A DNA stretch of 64,000 nt from a virus (Duplodnaviria; Caudoviricetes). The stretch covers positions 3,595 to 67,594 of the IMG/VR virus record IMGVR_UViG_3300012952_000023; one strand, written 5' to 3'. The notes below the pieces were generated by a model. It worked only from the letters and a program-made list of their open reading frames with translations, was not told the origin of the DNA and did no database searches. Shown here piece by piece: positions 53,546-61,891 of this stretch. Numbering within the stretch: the first letter of the stretch is position 1; each line of letters starts with the position of its first letter. A program made the position numbers and the translations under genes.

Positions 53546-54292
53546 TTATTTTTCCCAACCTAATCTGTCGCCTTTTTCTTTTACTCCTTTTATGAGTTGC
53601 ATGTAATCTAGATATTCGTCTTCAGTTGAACCATCATTATTGTCGTCAGTATATCCTTGTTCTCTTCTTATGTTTTCGTAAGTATTTTCTTCAAAACCAG
53701 GGTAAGGGTAGCCTTTGTCTTTCCAAGTCCTCTCAGCTGGAGGATTCTCCCAAGCAGAAACGTCGTCTATACCCACTCTTCGCAATAGATCGATCATATC
53801 TTGATTAGACATGTTTTCAGTTCTATCAGGTCTATTAAAGATAGCTTGAGCCATTCTTCCATTAGTTCCATCAGCAATGTAGTCATTTTCGAGTCCAACC
53901 CACTCTGGATTTTTTTCTGCTATTTCCATAGCAGTTTTTCCAACTAGAGTTGCAACTTCTTTGTTAAGTTCCTCTTTAGTAAATTCCTTAGGCTCTTTCC
54001 TTAGATCTGGATATTCTTTTTCTAGGTCTCTTTGCCTGAGGTTTTCTGGTTGCGTAGGGTATGTTGGTTCCCAGTTTTGATTTTCTTTATACTTCTCTTT
54101 CAGGTTATTCCAAAGATCGCCAAGGAATGCTTGATTTCCTACTGGTTCTCCTAAACCCCGAAGCTTCCCATCTGTTGTGTCTGCTAGACCAATAGGTGTA
54201 TCTTCTGCTTTTACTATTTCTCTCATATAACGAGTTCCTTCCTCATCTAAAAGATTTTTAGCTAAATCCTCTTGAGTTAATTTGAACGCCAT
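53546..54292 (-). CDS. Hypothetical acidic protein
   Basis: 248-aa ORF. Confidence 0.6.
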   Translation of the reverse strand: MAFKLTQEDLAKNLLDEEGTRYMREIVKAEDTPIGLADTTDGKLRGLGEPVGNQAFLGDLWNNLKEKYKENQNWEPTYPTQPENLRQRDLEKEYPDLRKEPKEFTKEELNKEVATLVGKTAMEIAEKNPEWVGLENDYIADGTNGRMAQAIFNRPDRTENMSNQDMIDLLRRVGIDDVSAWENPPAERTWKDKGYPYPGFEENTYENIRREQGYTDDNNDGSTEDEYLDYMQLIKGVKEKGDRLGWEK

Positions 54293-54325
54293 GAAACACT
54301 TAATACTTATACTTTAATTTTAGTG

Positions 54326-54369
54326 AAAAAAGAAAACCGACCTCTTGTCAGTCCTAAACAAGAGATCGG
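54326..54369 (-). terminator. Rho-independent terminator
   Basis: CCGATCTCTTGT-9nt-ACAAGAGGTCGG followed by TTTTCTTTTTT. Confidence 0.8.
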
Positions 54370-54570
54370 CTTACTTCTGGGAATTCAACAAGTGCAATTG
54401 TTTGAATCGACTTACGCCTTGTTCTTACTTGCAGCCTTCAAGGAGAAACTGGCCTTGGATCACCACAAGTCTTCGATGAGACCCTTTGAGTAATTAACCA
54501 TACAGGACAGAGAAATGACTGAGGCCTTTGATCCGAAAGGCATCTTCTCTGCAACTCGGGAGAACGTTTA
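54326..54570 (-). ncRNA. Candidate structured RNA or leader of about 245 nt containing a 13-codon ORF
   Basis: No long ORF; hairpins TTCTC/GAGAA, GCCTTT/AAAGGC, GTCT/AGAC and TTCA-ACAA/TTGT-TGAA; ends in a terminator. Confidence 0.5.
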
Positions 54571-54576
54571 ACGAGG

Positions 54577-54984
54577 TCATGCTTCCTCTGGCTGCCCAGA
54601 ATCTTTGTCTTTATCGTCGGTCATCCATTCCATAAATTCCAAACTTTTCTTAACTAAATCTTTGCCTCCTTGTTCGCTGCGGTAAGCATTTAGTTCTTCC
54701 AATACTTGGTTCGATAGCATGATCGAGCCTTTCATTAGCTCAGTTAAATCGATGTCTTGATTATTTAATCTCACTGCTAATACTGGTCCTAAGACGCTTA
54801 GATAAGCAGTAGTCATAGGATCTGTTACGTATCCGTTGAATGATGATCCACCAGAAGTGAAGCCATTAAGAACATAAAGTTGTTCTGTTTGAAGCTTGAG
54901 CAGTTTATCAATTTTCGTGTTGAGAGCCTTAAGCTCTTCTACTACGGCTTCAGGTCTAGATGGTGAGGTCGTCATCAAAATCAC
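54577..54984 (-). CDS. Hypothetical protein
   Basis: 135-aa ORF. Confidence 0.6.
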   Translation of the reverse strand: MILMTTSPSRPEAVVEELKALNTKIDKLLKLQTEQLYVLNGFTSGGSSFNGYVTDPMTTAYLSVLGPVLAVRLNNQDIDLTELMKGSIMLSNQVLEELNAYRSEQGGKDLVKKSLEFMEWMTDDKDKDSGQPEEA

Positions 54985-55159
54985 GGATAATAGTAGATCC
55001 TTCGAAAGATCTCAGCAAAGATAGAGCTCCCCTGTCAACAGGAGAAAGATCCTTCCATGCGTCATTAACAGCAGGGTAGCCGTAGGAGCTGATTAAGTCC
55101 TTGACGTCGTCTTTAGTGGAAGCTCTTTTTAGTCCTTCTGTGACAGGAGAGTATGACAT
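54956..55159 (-). CDS. Hypothetical protein
   Basis: 67-aa ORF. Confidence 0.55.
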   Translation of the reverse strand: MSYSPVTEGLKRASTKDDVKDLISSYGYPAVNDAWKDLSPVDRGALSLLRSFEGSTIIRDFDDDLTI

Positions 55160-55257
55160 CTAATGAGGATGATTAGGATGGGAATGGTCGGAGATTAGCT
55201 TCCAGCAATAATAAGCAAGCATTAGACAGAGAACTAGCCCGACCACATTTATAAGAA

Positions 55258-56013
55258 TTACCATCCGTCCGAAGGCATAGAAGTCGTTTCGTGATCTTGA
55301 CCTAGCTCATCCCTACTCGTTGGAGGTAATCCTTCAGGCTTGGCATCAGCAGGACGACCATCAAAAGGATCTGCACCGTGGTAGATCGAATGTAGCCATA
55401 TAGAGTCTTTAACTTCCTCCCATCCTTTCTCTTCAGTAGCGGTAGGTTTTTTAAAGGCAATTGCAGCTGCGTACCTAGTATTTAAACCTTCTCCTGTTTT
55501 GGTGATTTTCAACTGCCAATTATGCAGTCCACTGTCCAATACCTGAGAGTCCTCATCTAATAATGCAGCTTCCCAAGCATCACGTACTGACTTCTTATCA
55601 AGAGTGGCAACAACAATACCTTTACGCTCCTTGCAGCAGGCAACCATCGCCACGAAATCTTTCGGAGTGTCTTTGTCTTCCGCCACTTCCATTTCACCAG
55701 TTTTCTCGTTTTTAAGCTTCTTGCCTTTGCCGTGACCCCATTTATAGCAAATATCTTCCTTATAACTTGGAGGGAAAGTAGGGAAGTGTTTGACTATTTT
55801 CTTAGAGCTTTCATCTCCTGGGGTCTCATGGGCAAAATATTTAAAGCCATGAATCATGTGACCTGTATTAAAGTCACCACAAGGACGTAATGTGACTGAT
55901 TCTTTATCAGCTAATTGTCCTGGGTAGAAGAATCTAGGATCGTCTTCTTTCTTTTGTTTCGGAGAATCATCTGAAGAGAACTTATAGTTCTTTGGAAATT
56001 CGAATTTAGGCAT
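55258..56013 (-). CDS. Putative phage ssDNA-binding/annealing protein
   Basis: LKITKTGEGLNTRY and IYHGADPF motifs, acidic tail, position between ssb and the exonuclease. Confidence 0.45.
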   Translation of the reverse strand: MPKFEFPKNYKFSSDDSPKQKKEDDPRFFYPGQLADKESVTLRPCGDFNTGHMIHGFKYFAHETPGDESSKKIVKHFPTFPPSYKEDICYKWGHGKGKKLKNEKTGEMEVAEDKDTPKDFVAMVACCKERKGIVVATLDKKSVRDAWEAALLDEDSQVLDSGLHNWQLKITKTGEGLNTRYAAAIAFKKPTATEEKGWEEVKDSIWLHSIYHGADPFDGRPADAKPEGLPPTSRDELGQDHETTSMPSDGW

Positions 56014-56015
56014 AA

Positions 56016-56705
56016 TTAATTCCAGTTAGAAGGTAGGTCGTCAACATTATCGTCAGAGTCTCCTTCAAAAGCTGAAGGATCATAACCGACTGCTGTGGTA
56101 TTCGCGGCAGGATCTGGAGCAGCTCCTCCCTTACCTCTTTTATGAGAAGTCATTTTTCTCATCGTGACTTCTATATAAGGTTGATTGTCCTTATTTTTAC
56201 GAGTAACAACAGTTCCCGAAACAGAAACTAACGAACCTTTAGGTGCTTTTTCGAGCTTAGTTCTATTGAACTTATAGCCTCGTATTAGCCACCAATCGGT
56301 GTTCTCTTTAGCTTTACCCGTAGAAGGGTCTTTCCCTCCGTACCTGTTTTCTGCGAGAGATCTCCTGCAGGATTTTTCCGCTTGCTTGGGTTCTCCTCCA
56401 AGCCTGCCAACAATGTTGATCTCATTTAGAAATTGATCTGGATGAGCGTCACAAAGGACATGAGGATTGATAATTAGGTTCTTACCACTGTCATCGAGGT
56501 TGATAGAACCAGAAATAATAACAAGATCTCCTTGTTTCTTAGAATTCAGGCGATCAGCAATACTTGTTCCTGTGTTAGCCGTGATTTGAATTGTGACTGG
56601 TTCAGGAGTGGGAGTTTCAGCGAAAGCTTGTAAAACTTCTTTCTGGTTTACAACTTCTTGGACAGGAGCAGACGCTAATTTAACTATGAAAGTAGCAGTG
56701 CTCAC
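56016..56705 (-). CDS. ssb: Single-stranded DNA-binding protein with tandem OB folds
   Basis: NEINIVGRLGGEP...LAENRY...ENTDWW...KGSLVSVSG, acidic C-terminus; first half KKQGDLVIISGSI. Confidence 0.7.
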   Translation of the reverse strand: MSTATFIVKLASAPVQEVVNQKEVLQAFAETPTPEPVTIQITANTGTSIADRLNSKKQGDLVIISGSINLDDSGKNLIINPHVLCDAHPDQFLNEINIVGRLGGEPKQAEKSCRRSLAENRYGGKDPSTGKAKENTDWWLIRGYKFNRTKLEKAPKGSLVSVSGTVVTRKNKDNQPYIEVTMRKMTSHKRGKGGAAPDPAANTTAVGYDPSAFEGDSDDNVDDLPSNWN

Positions 56706-56742
56706 ACTATTTATAGAAGGTTGCAGCTCAACTTAACGCCAT

Positions 56743-57057
56743 CTATAGCGTGGTGCAACTATTTGTTCTCTTAATATCTCGAATCGTGCTGACGTGAACG
56801 CAGAACAAATCGGCAAGTTCTTGGTTGGTGTACCAATCCTTTGATTTGGCAATACTTTTCTTCTGAGCATCGGTGATTTTATGTGCTCCTCCACTCTTGC
56901 GGTCACTATCTTTTGCTAGTTGTTCATAGGTTATAAATTTATAACCACAGGAGCAGCGTCTTGTTCTTCTGGTAATTGTTCCTTTCTGTTTAGTTCTAAC
57001 TTCTGTAACAAATGTTTTACCTTTGAGTTGAAGAGCATTGCATTGAGGGCATCTCAT
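56743..57057 (-). CDS. NrdR-like zinc ribbon plus HTH protein
   Basis: MRCPQC...RRTRRCSCGYKFITYE; NQELADLFCVHVSTIRDIK; ATGA coupling. Confidence 0.7.
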   Translation of the reverse strand: MRCPQCNALQLKGKTFVTEVRTKQKGTITRRTRRCSCGYKFITYEQLAKDSDRKSGGAHKITDAQKKSIAKSKDWYTNQELADLFCVHVSTIRDIKRTNSCTTL

Positions 57058-57671
57058 TCCTTTTGAGCGTACTTGCAAATCCACTCGGGAAGTCTAGGGA
57101 TTGGCTTAGCTTCTTGTGGCATTACGAGGATAATGACATTATTGTCGTCAGTCTCCAGCCTTAAGGGGCCTCCATCAAATGCAGACATAATGATTGAAGA
57201 ATCAAAAGCGGATAGACCTTTAATTGCTTTTTGCAAATAGAGCTGGTCGTATCTGCCAGCTGTTTTCGATATTTCAGGTAAGGCTGTCCACCTACTAATA
57301 CAATCTCGAATTGCTTTTGCTAGATCAGGAAAATCGACTTGGCTTCTTTGAATAGATAATTCTTTAGCTTCGTTAGTGGTCTTTCTATAGGTCGTAACCA
57401 AGGCTGAATTGTCTGTAATACGTAATTCCCTTTCAGCAGTTTTAATTGGCTTACAGGCTGCTACGAGTTCTTTAGAAGGAATGATTTGAATAGACTCATC
57501 TGCTTGACCAGCAGGGTCATAAGCAAGGCAAGCAATATTACCTTTATCTGTAGAAGCAACGAAGACACCATTATCTACTCCAGCTGGAGATATCTGGACA
57601 GATTGAAATGGAGAGTATTTCCCAGTGAATTCTGCTGCAATAGAAACGAGAGCAGCTTTAAGCTGTAGCAT
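57054..57671 (-). CDS. Sliding clamp (beta-clamp)-like protein, truncated
   Basis: VFVASTDKG, DFPD, YLQKAI and GGPL...ILVMP resemble DnaN motifs. Confidence 0.5.
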   Translation of the reverse strand: MLQLKAALVSIAAEFTGKYSPFQSVQISPAGVDNGVFVASTDKGNIACLAYDPAGQADESIQIIPSKELVAACKPIKTAERELRITDNSALVTTYRKTTNEAKELSIQRSQVDFPDLAKAIRDCISRWTALPEISKTAGRYDQLYLQKAIKGLSAFDSSIIMSAFDGGPLRLETDDNNVIILVMPQEAKPIPRLPEWICKYAQKE

Positions 57672-57873
57672 TTTGCAGAGTGATCGACCCTGCAAGGTTA
57701 CTAGTTTTTTGAAGCCAATGCCAGCGCCAAGGAATATGTTGTTCAGCTAAACGAGTATTTGCCAGCTCTAATTCTTTAGCACCAATAGTTGGAGTCCACT
57801 TTTCATCGAGGACTTCGGCTGTAAATGAATGAACCATGATGGCTCTTTTTTGGATTGATTCTCGTTCTTCCAT
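57658..57873 (-). CDS. Hypothetical protein
   Basis: 71-aa ORF. Confidence 0.5.
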   Translation of the reverse strand: MEERESIQKRAIMVHSFTAEVLDEKWTPTIGAKELELANTRLAEQHIPWRWHWLQKTSNLAGSITLQNATA

Positions 57874-57918
57874 GTGCTTTCCACCAGTTAATCGGATGCC
57901 TAACCTTATTAGACGGAA

Positions 57919-58029
57919 TTACAGCTTAACTGGTTTAAATGTGGTTGTCATTCTTTCCCTAAAACAAAATTCATATAATGCCTGGTCGTTTTCTTGATGG
58001 TTTTTTACAGAGTTTTTTTCCTTCTTCAT
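57919..58029 (-). CDS. Possible 36-aa peptide (not in ORF track)
   Basis: MKKEKNSVKNHQENDQALYEFCFRERM...; no other support. Confidence 0.25.
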   Translation of the reverse strand: MKKEKNSVKNHQENDQALYEFCFRERMTTTFKPVKL

Positions 58030-58115
58030 CGACGAGACTATAGAGATGCCTACCCCATGCTGATCGGGGATTCGGGAGAGTGAACCTTTGAGGAGGTGTT
58101 TTCCTGTTAGGGTTT

Positions 58116-58751
58116 TTAGGTCGAGGCATCGACTGAGGTTAATCTTGTTTTATCTCCAAAAGGTAACGTGGGGAAGGTATTGAACGCAAGGCTTATCCTA
58201 TTAATACTGGACTGATTGGTTGGAACAAAGTGATCGATCAAACTAGAAAATATTAGAAGTGTCTTAGGTTCTGATTGATGGCTGTACACATCTATTGACG
58301 AAGGGATATGAAGATCCGTCAGATCGTATTTATTGGGGTGAACTTCTATGGAATAGTTATTTTTAGAAACAGGTGATTGAAAGCACAAAGGAGAATTGTT
58401 TTCTTGTGCTGAATTTAAGAATAAGACACCACTTAAAAAACTATTAGCGTGATAATGACTAGGATGTTTACCTCCTGAAGGACAGAAATTAATCCAAGAT
58501 TGTTGAATATCTAGGGATTGATCTGTATGTAAGACATCAAGTTGGTATTGATGTACTGATTGCAAACAGAATTCTTTCAAGTCTTTAAGTTGTTCGTCAT
58601 GGAGAACGCAGGAGTTTTCGGACTGTTGATTGAATCCAGTATCTTTGTATGCGAGCTGACTGGCGTAATCTACTACCGCTTCTATATCTCCTTGATATTT
58701 GAAAATACCTAAGGGAGGTACTGCGAACATAGTCTCGTATTGAGCGGTCAT
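58116..58751 (-). CDS. 2OG-Fe(II) oxygenase (TIGR02466-like)
   Basis: QSWINF...HPSHYHANSFLSGVLF, IFSSLIDHFVP and RISLAFN. Confidence 0.88.
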   Translation of the reverse strand: MTAQYETMFAVPPLGIFKYQGDIEAVVDYASQLAYKDTGFNQQSENSCVLHDEQLKDLKEFCLQSVHQYQLDVLHTDQSLDIQQSWINFCPSGGKHPSHYHANSFLSGVLFLNSAQENNSPLCFQSPVSKNNYSIEVHPNKYDLTDLHIPSSIDVYSHQSEPKTLLIFSSLIDHFVPTNQSSINRISLAFNTFPTLPFGDKTRLTSVDAST

Positions 58752-59419
58752 TTAAATAATGGAAGTTTGTTTGGGTTTGAACTACTTGATTCTTCTATAT
58801 TGAAAGAAAGGCTAATTCGTGGATTATTGCCTAAGTATGTTCTAACTCCGTGTTCTAAGTAAGAAGGAAATAAAATCATCGTCCCCTCTTCAGGCTTAAT
58901 AATTACTTGAGGACAGGGAAAACTAGTAGTAGCAGAGCATACATAATGACCAAAGACTGGAGTAGTGAAATATATCTCACCCCCTTCACCCCCCTCAGGT
59001 ATTGAATGATAATAAACACCAGATATTTGTGATGACATGTGTTGGTGTTGGTGAGCGTAATCATTATTTTCTAACTGAGTAATCCATGCTCCGTCGATGT
59101 GGCAATGACTAAACATTTTTGTTAATGATTTTTGGTCTGCGTGTGGAGAGCAGGATCTTAAGTATCTTTCTACTCCTTCTTTTATAACCGATTTAAATGC
59201 TGGTATTTTTTTGATTAAATCTAATATTCCTTGATCAGGTGCAAATGATTTGATAGATAACTTATGTGTTTTACCCCAGTTCGCCATATATTCCATATGA
59301 GCTGTCTCCAAGTAATCATTTATTTGATTGTTTAAATCTAGAAAATGTGTACTTGCTCCACTGATGTCGTAAGTGTAAATATTAGATGGGAATAATTGAG
59401 AAAAATATGATCTGTCCAT
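58748..59419 (-). CDS. 2OG-Fe(II) oxygenase (TIGR02466-like)
   Basis: AHQHQHMSSQISGVYY, PEEGTMILFPSYLEHGV and RISLSFN; start likely ATG 59419. Confidence 0.88.
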   Translation of the reverse strand: MDRSYFSQLFPSNIYTYDISGASTHFLDLNNQINDYLETAHMEYMANWGKTHKLSIKSFAPDQGILDLIKKIPAFKSVIKEGVERYLRSCSPHADQKSLTKMFSHCHIDGAWITQLENNDYAHQHQHMSSQISGVYYHSIPEGGEGGEIYFTTPVFGHYVCSATTSFPCPQVIIKPEEGTMILFPSYLEHGVRTYLGNNPRISLSFNIEESSSSNPNKLPLFK

Positions 59420-59462
59420 CGTTTTAAGAAGAATATAGCAAAGCTTTGCACAGGTTTCCAAT

Positions 59463-59494
59463 AAAAAACCCCCGTTGTTTCTACAACGAGGGTT
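59463..59494 (-). terminator. Terminator downstream of psbA
   Basis: AACCCTCGTTG-TAGAAA-CAACGGGGGTT followed by a T tract; a second imperfect hairpin lies at 59508-59540. Confidence 0.75.
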
Positions 59495-59548
59495 CTTTAC
59501 TCACCTGTTCACTCTCAGAGGTCATGCGGCCTCGAGTGAATCATATCA

Positions 59549-60634
59549 CTATCCAACAGAAGGAGCAACTAAAGCTACATCGGTAGCAGCAGTAGAAGCT
59601 AAATCAAGAGGGAAGTTGTGAGCGTTACGCTCGTGCATCACTTCCATACCAAGGTTTGCCCTGTTAAGGACGTCACCCCAGGTTGGTACAACTTTGCCTG
59701 AAGCATCTACAACAGATTGGTTAAAATTAAATCCGTTGAGGTTGAAGGCCATTGTGCATATACCCATTGAGGTAAGCCAAACACAAATAACAGGCCAAGA
59801 AGCAAGAAAAAAGTGAAGACTACGAGAGTTGTTAAACGAGGCGTATTGGAAGATAAGACGTCCGAAGTAACCATGTGCGGCGACGATGTTGTACGTCTCT
59901 TCCTCTTGTCCGAATTTGTAGCCATAGTTCTGAGAGTCTAATCCTGTGGTCTCTCTAATAAGAGAGGAGGTAACCAGTGAACCATGCATAGCACTAAACA
60001 AAGCACCACCAAACATACCCGCCACACCTGCCATGTGGAATGGATGCATGAGGATATTATGTTCCGCCTGAAAGACAAACATAAAGTTGAACGTGCCTGA
60101 AATGCCGAGAGGCATACCGTCACTGAATGATCCCTGTCCGAAAGGATAGACGAGGAATACAGCAAAAGCTGCGGATACCGGCGCTGAGTAAGCAACACAG
60201 ATCCAAGGCCTCATTCCTAGTCGATAACTAAGTTCCCATTGGCGTCCCATGTAAGCTGAGATACCGATGAGAAAGTGGAACACAACGAGTTGATATGGTC
60301 CTCCGTTATAGAGCCATTCGTCGATGGTTGCAGCTTCCCAGATTGGGTAGAAGTGAAGACCGATTGCGTTTGAGCTCGGTACGACGGCTCCTGAGATGAT
60401 GTTGTTCCCATAAAGAAATGAGCCTGCTACTGGCTCACGGATCCCGTCAATATCTACGGGAGGAGCAGCTATGAAAGCAATGATAAAACAAGTTGCTGCG
60501 GCAAGTAGACAAGGAACCATCAATACACCGAACCAACCGACATAAATACGGTTGTTGGTGGATGTTGTCCACTCACAGAACTCGTCCCATCCTTTCAATA
60601 CGCTGCCGCTTCTGTTTAAAGAAGAAGAAGTCAT
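59549..60634 (-). CDS. psbA: Photosystem II D1 protein (Prochlorococcus-type, Gln130), uninterrupted
   Basis: Full D1 sequence, including [23 protein letters not shown] and [13 protein letters not shown]. Confidence 0.99.
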   Translation of the reverse strand: MTSSSLNRSGSVLKGWDEFCEWTTSTNNRIYVGWFGVLMVPCLLAAATCFIIAFIAAPPVDIDGIREPVAGSFLYGNNIISGAVVPSSNAIGLHFYPIWEAATIDEWLYNGGPYQLVVFHFLIGISAYMGRQWELSYRLGMRPWICVAYSAPVSAAFAVFLVYPFGQGSFSDGMPLGISGTFNFMFVFQAEHNILMHPFHMAGVAGMFGGALFSAMHGSLVTSSLIRETTGLDSQNYGYKFGQEEETYNIVAAHGYFGRLIFQYASFNNSRSLHFFLASWPVICVWLTSMGICTMAFNLNGFNFNQSVVDASGKVVPTWGDVLNRANLGMEVMHERNAHNFPLDLASTAATDVALVAPSVG

Positions 60635-60661
60635 TTAAGTAAAAGTACGATTTGTGAACTT

Positions 60662-60702
60662 GTATGATGAGAGACTTTAGCCCGTGGTCTCGGTTGGGGC
60701 TT
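60662..60702 (-). ncRNA. psbA 5' leader RNA element (PhotoRC-II-like)
   Basis: AGCCC-CAACC-GAGAC-CAC-GGGCT-AAA-GTCTC-TCATC, 5' of psbA. Confidence 0.65.
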
Positions 60703-60858
60703 GAGATATTACTCAAACTTAATGTTAGCAATAAAACACAATGCATATCTTACTTAAAGACTTTGAAACCTTATACAAAAAGGTAGTGATAGCCGCAGTT
60801 TTGAAGGAACTTGAGCTTGAAGTATTTGTCAGACTAATAGCAGTAATGAGAGGTTCTT

Positions 60859-61068
60859 ATGTTTTCTATGTATGATCAGTTCTTTTTCCCTCCCTTTCAA
60901 GGAGTCATTGTTGTTTCTGATTCTGAATTAAAAGATTTAAAAATAAAGAAGAAACAAAATGATTTATCTATTTTAAAAAAGAATAAGCTAGAACTTGAAG
61001 CAGCTATTTCTGAACTAGAGAACGAGATCAAAGCTCTTTCCCCAGCAGAAGAAGCAAAGGCTGCCTAA
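60859..61068 (+). CDS. Small coiled-coil protein of picocyanobacterial/cyanophage type
   Basis: MFSMYDQFFFPP...VIVVSDSEL... followed by a coiled coil. Confidence 0.6.
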   Translation: MFSMYDQFFFPPFQGVIVVSDSELKDLKIKKKQNDLSILKKNKLELEAAISELENEIKALSPAEEAKAA

Positions 61069-61093
61069 GCTGATAAATAGTTTTTATCGTTGC

Positions 61094-61891
61094 ATGGAAT
61101 TTAATACTCTGGATTTCACTAATGAAGGTAAATTTATCAAGGAAGGTTTTATAGGAGGAGCTTTTATTGACGAAGAAATATGTGACGGTTTAATTGAGTT
61201 CCATAAAGAAACCCCTGAAGGAATTATTGAGGATAAGATTAATCCTTCTACTGGTTACTTTGAAAGGGGAATAGCAAAGCAAGCTGGCACGATTGTTACC
61301 AGTGAAAAGGGAGTCACTGTTGATAAGAATGTTAAAGATTCGATGGATTTGAATTGTTGTATTTGGATGAAAGATTCTCGTGTGATTGAATACAGAAAAG
61401 CTTTACTTCGAATCATTGGTGAATATCGTAAGGAATTCCCAAGATGTAAAGCTTGTCAATCATGGGGTTTACATCCTTTAGCTTCTTTACAAATTCAGCA
61501 TTACAGACCAAGTGGTGGCTATTTTGATTGGCATACGGAATACAATGGTCCATTGGGTACGGATGGCTCGAGGCACTTAGTTTTTATGACTTATCTCAAC
61601 ACGGTTGAGGATGGAGGTGAAACAGGATGGTATCACCAAAAAATTAAAATTAAACCTAAGAAAGGTCTCACCGTAGTTTGGCCTGTCGATTGGACATATA
61701 CTCATCGTGGTTTCATTGCTCCTTCTGAAGATAAATATATTACGACAGGGTGGTTTGAATATACGAATAGCAATACAGAAGCACCAACGGAACCAAAGGA
61801 AGGACGACCTGATGAGACTCAAATGATTTTAAATACAGCGGTGGAAGATTTAATGCGTCAGATATCTCAGAAAGAACAAACATCTAATTGA
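61094..61891 (+). CDS. 2OG-Fe(II) oxygenase (prolyl-hydroxylase-like)
   Basis: QIQHYRPSGGYFDWHTE, RHLVFMTYLNTVEDGGET and VWPVDWTYTHRG. Confidence 0.88.
   Translation: MEFNTLDFTNEGKFIKEGFIGGAFIDEEICDGLIEFHKETPEGIIEDKINPSTGYFERGIAKQAGTIVTSEKGVTVDKNVKDSMDLNCCIWMKDSRVIEYRKALLRIIGEYRKEFPRCKACQSWGLHPLASLQIQHYRPSGGYFDWHTEYNGPLGTDGSRHLVFMTYLNTVEDGGETGWYHQKIKIKPKKGLTVVWPVDWTYTHRGFIAPSEDKYITTGWFEYTNSNTEAPTEPKEGRPDETQMILNTAVEDLMRQISQKEQTSN

Noticed and set aside
55165-55250. TGGTCGG/CCGACCA long hairpin between two minus-strand genes
   Set aside because: A single 7-bp helix with a weak interior and no U-tract; insufficient to call an RNA element
7430-60411. Many short antisense or alternate-frame ORFs in the track (e.g. 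7430..7693, 9515..9790, 17523..17744, 21907..22221, 29918..30211, 59707..59925, 60217..60411)
   Set aside because: They lie fully inside well-supported genes and look like shadow ORFs, with no SD or recognisable motif
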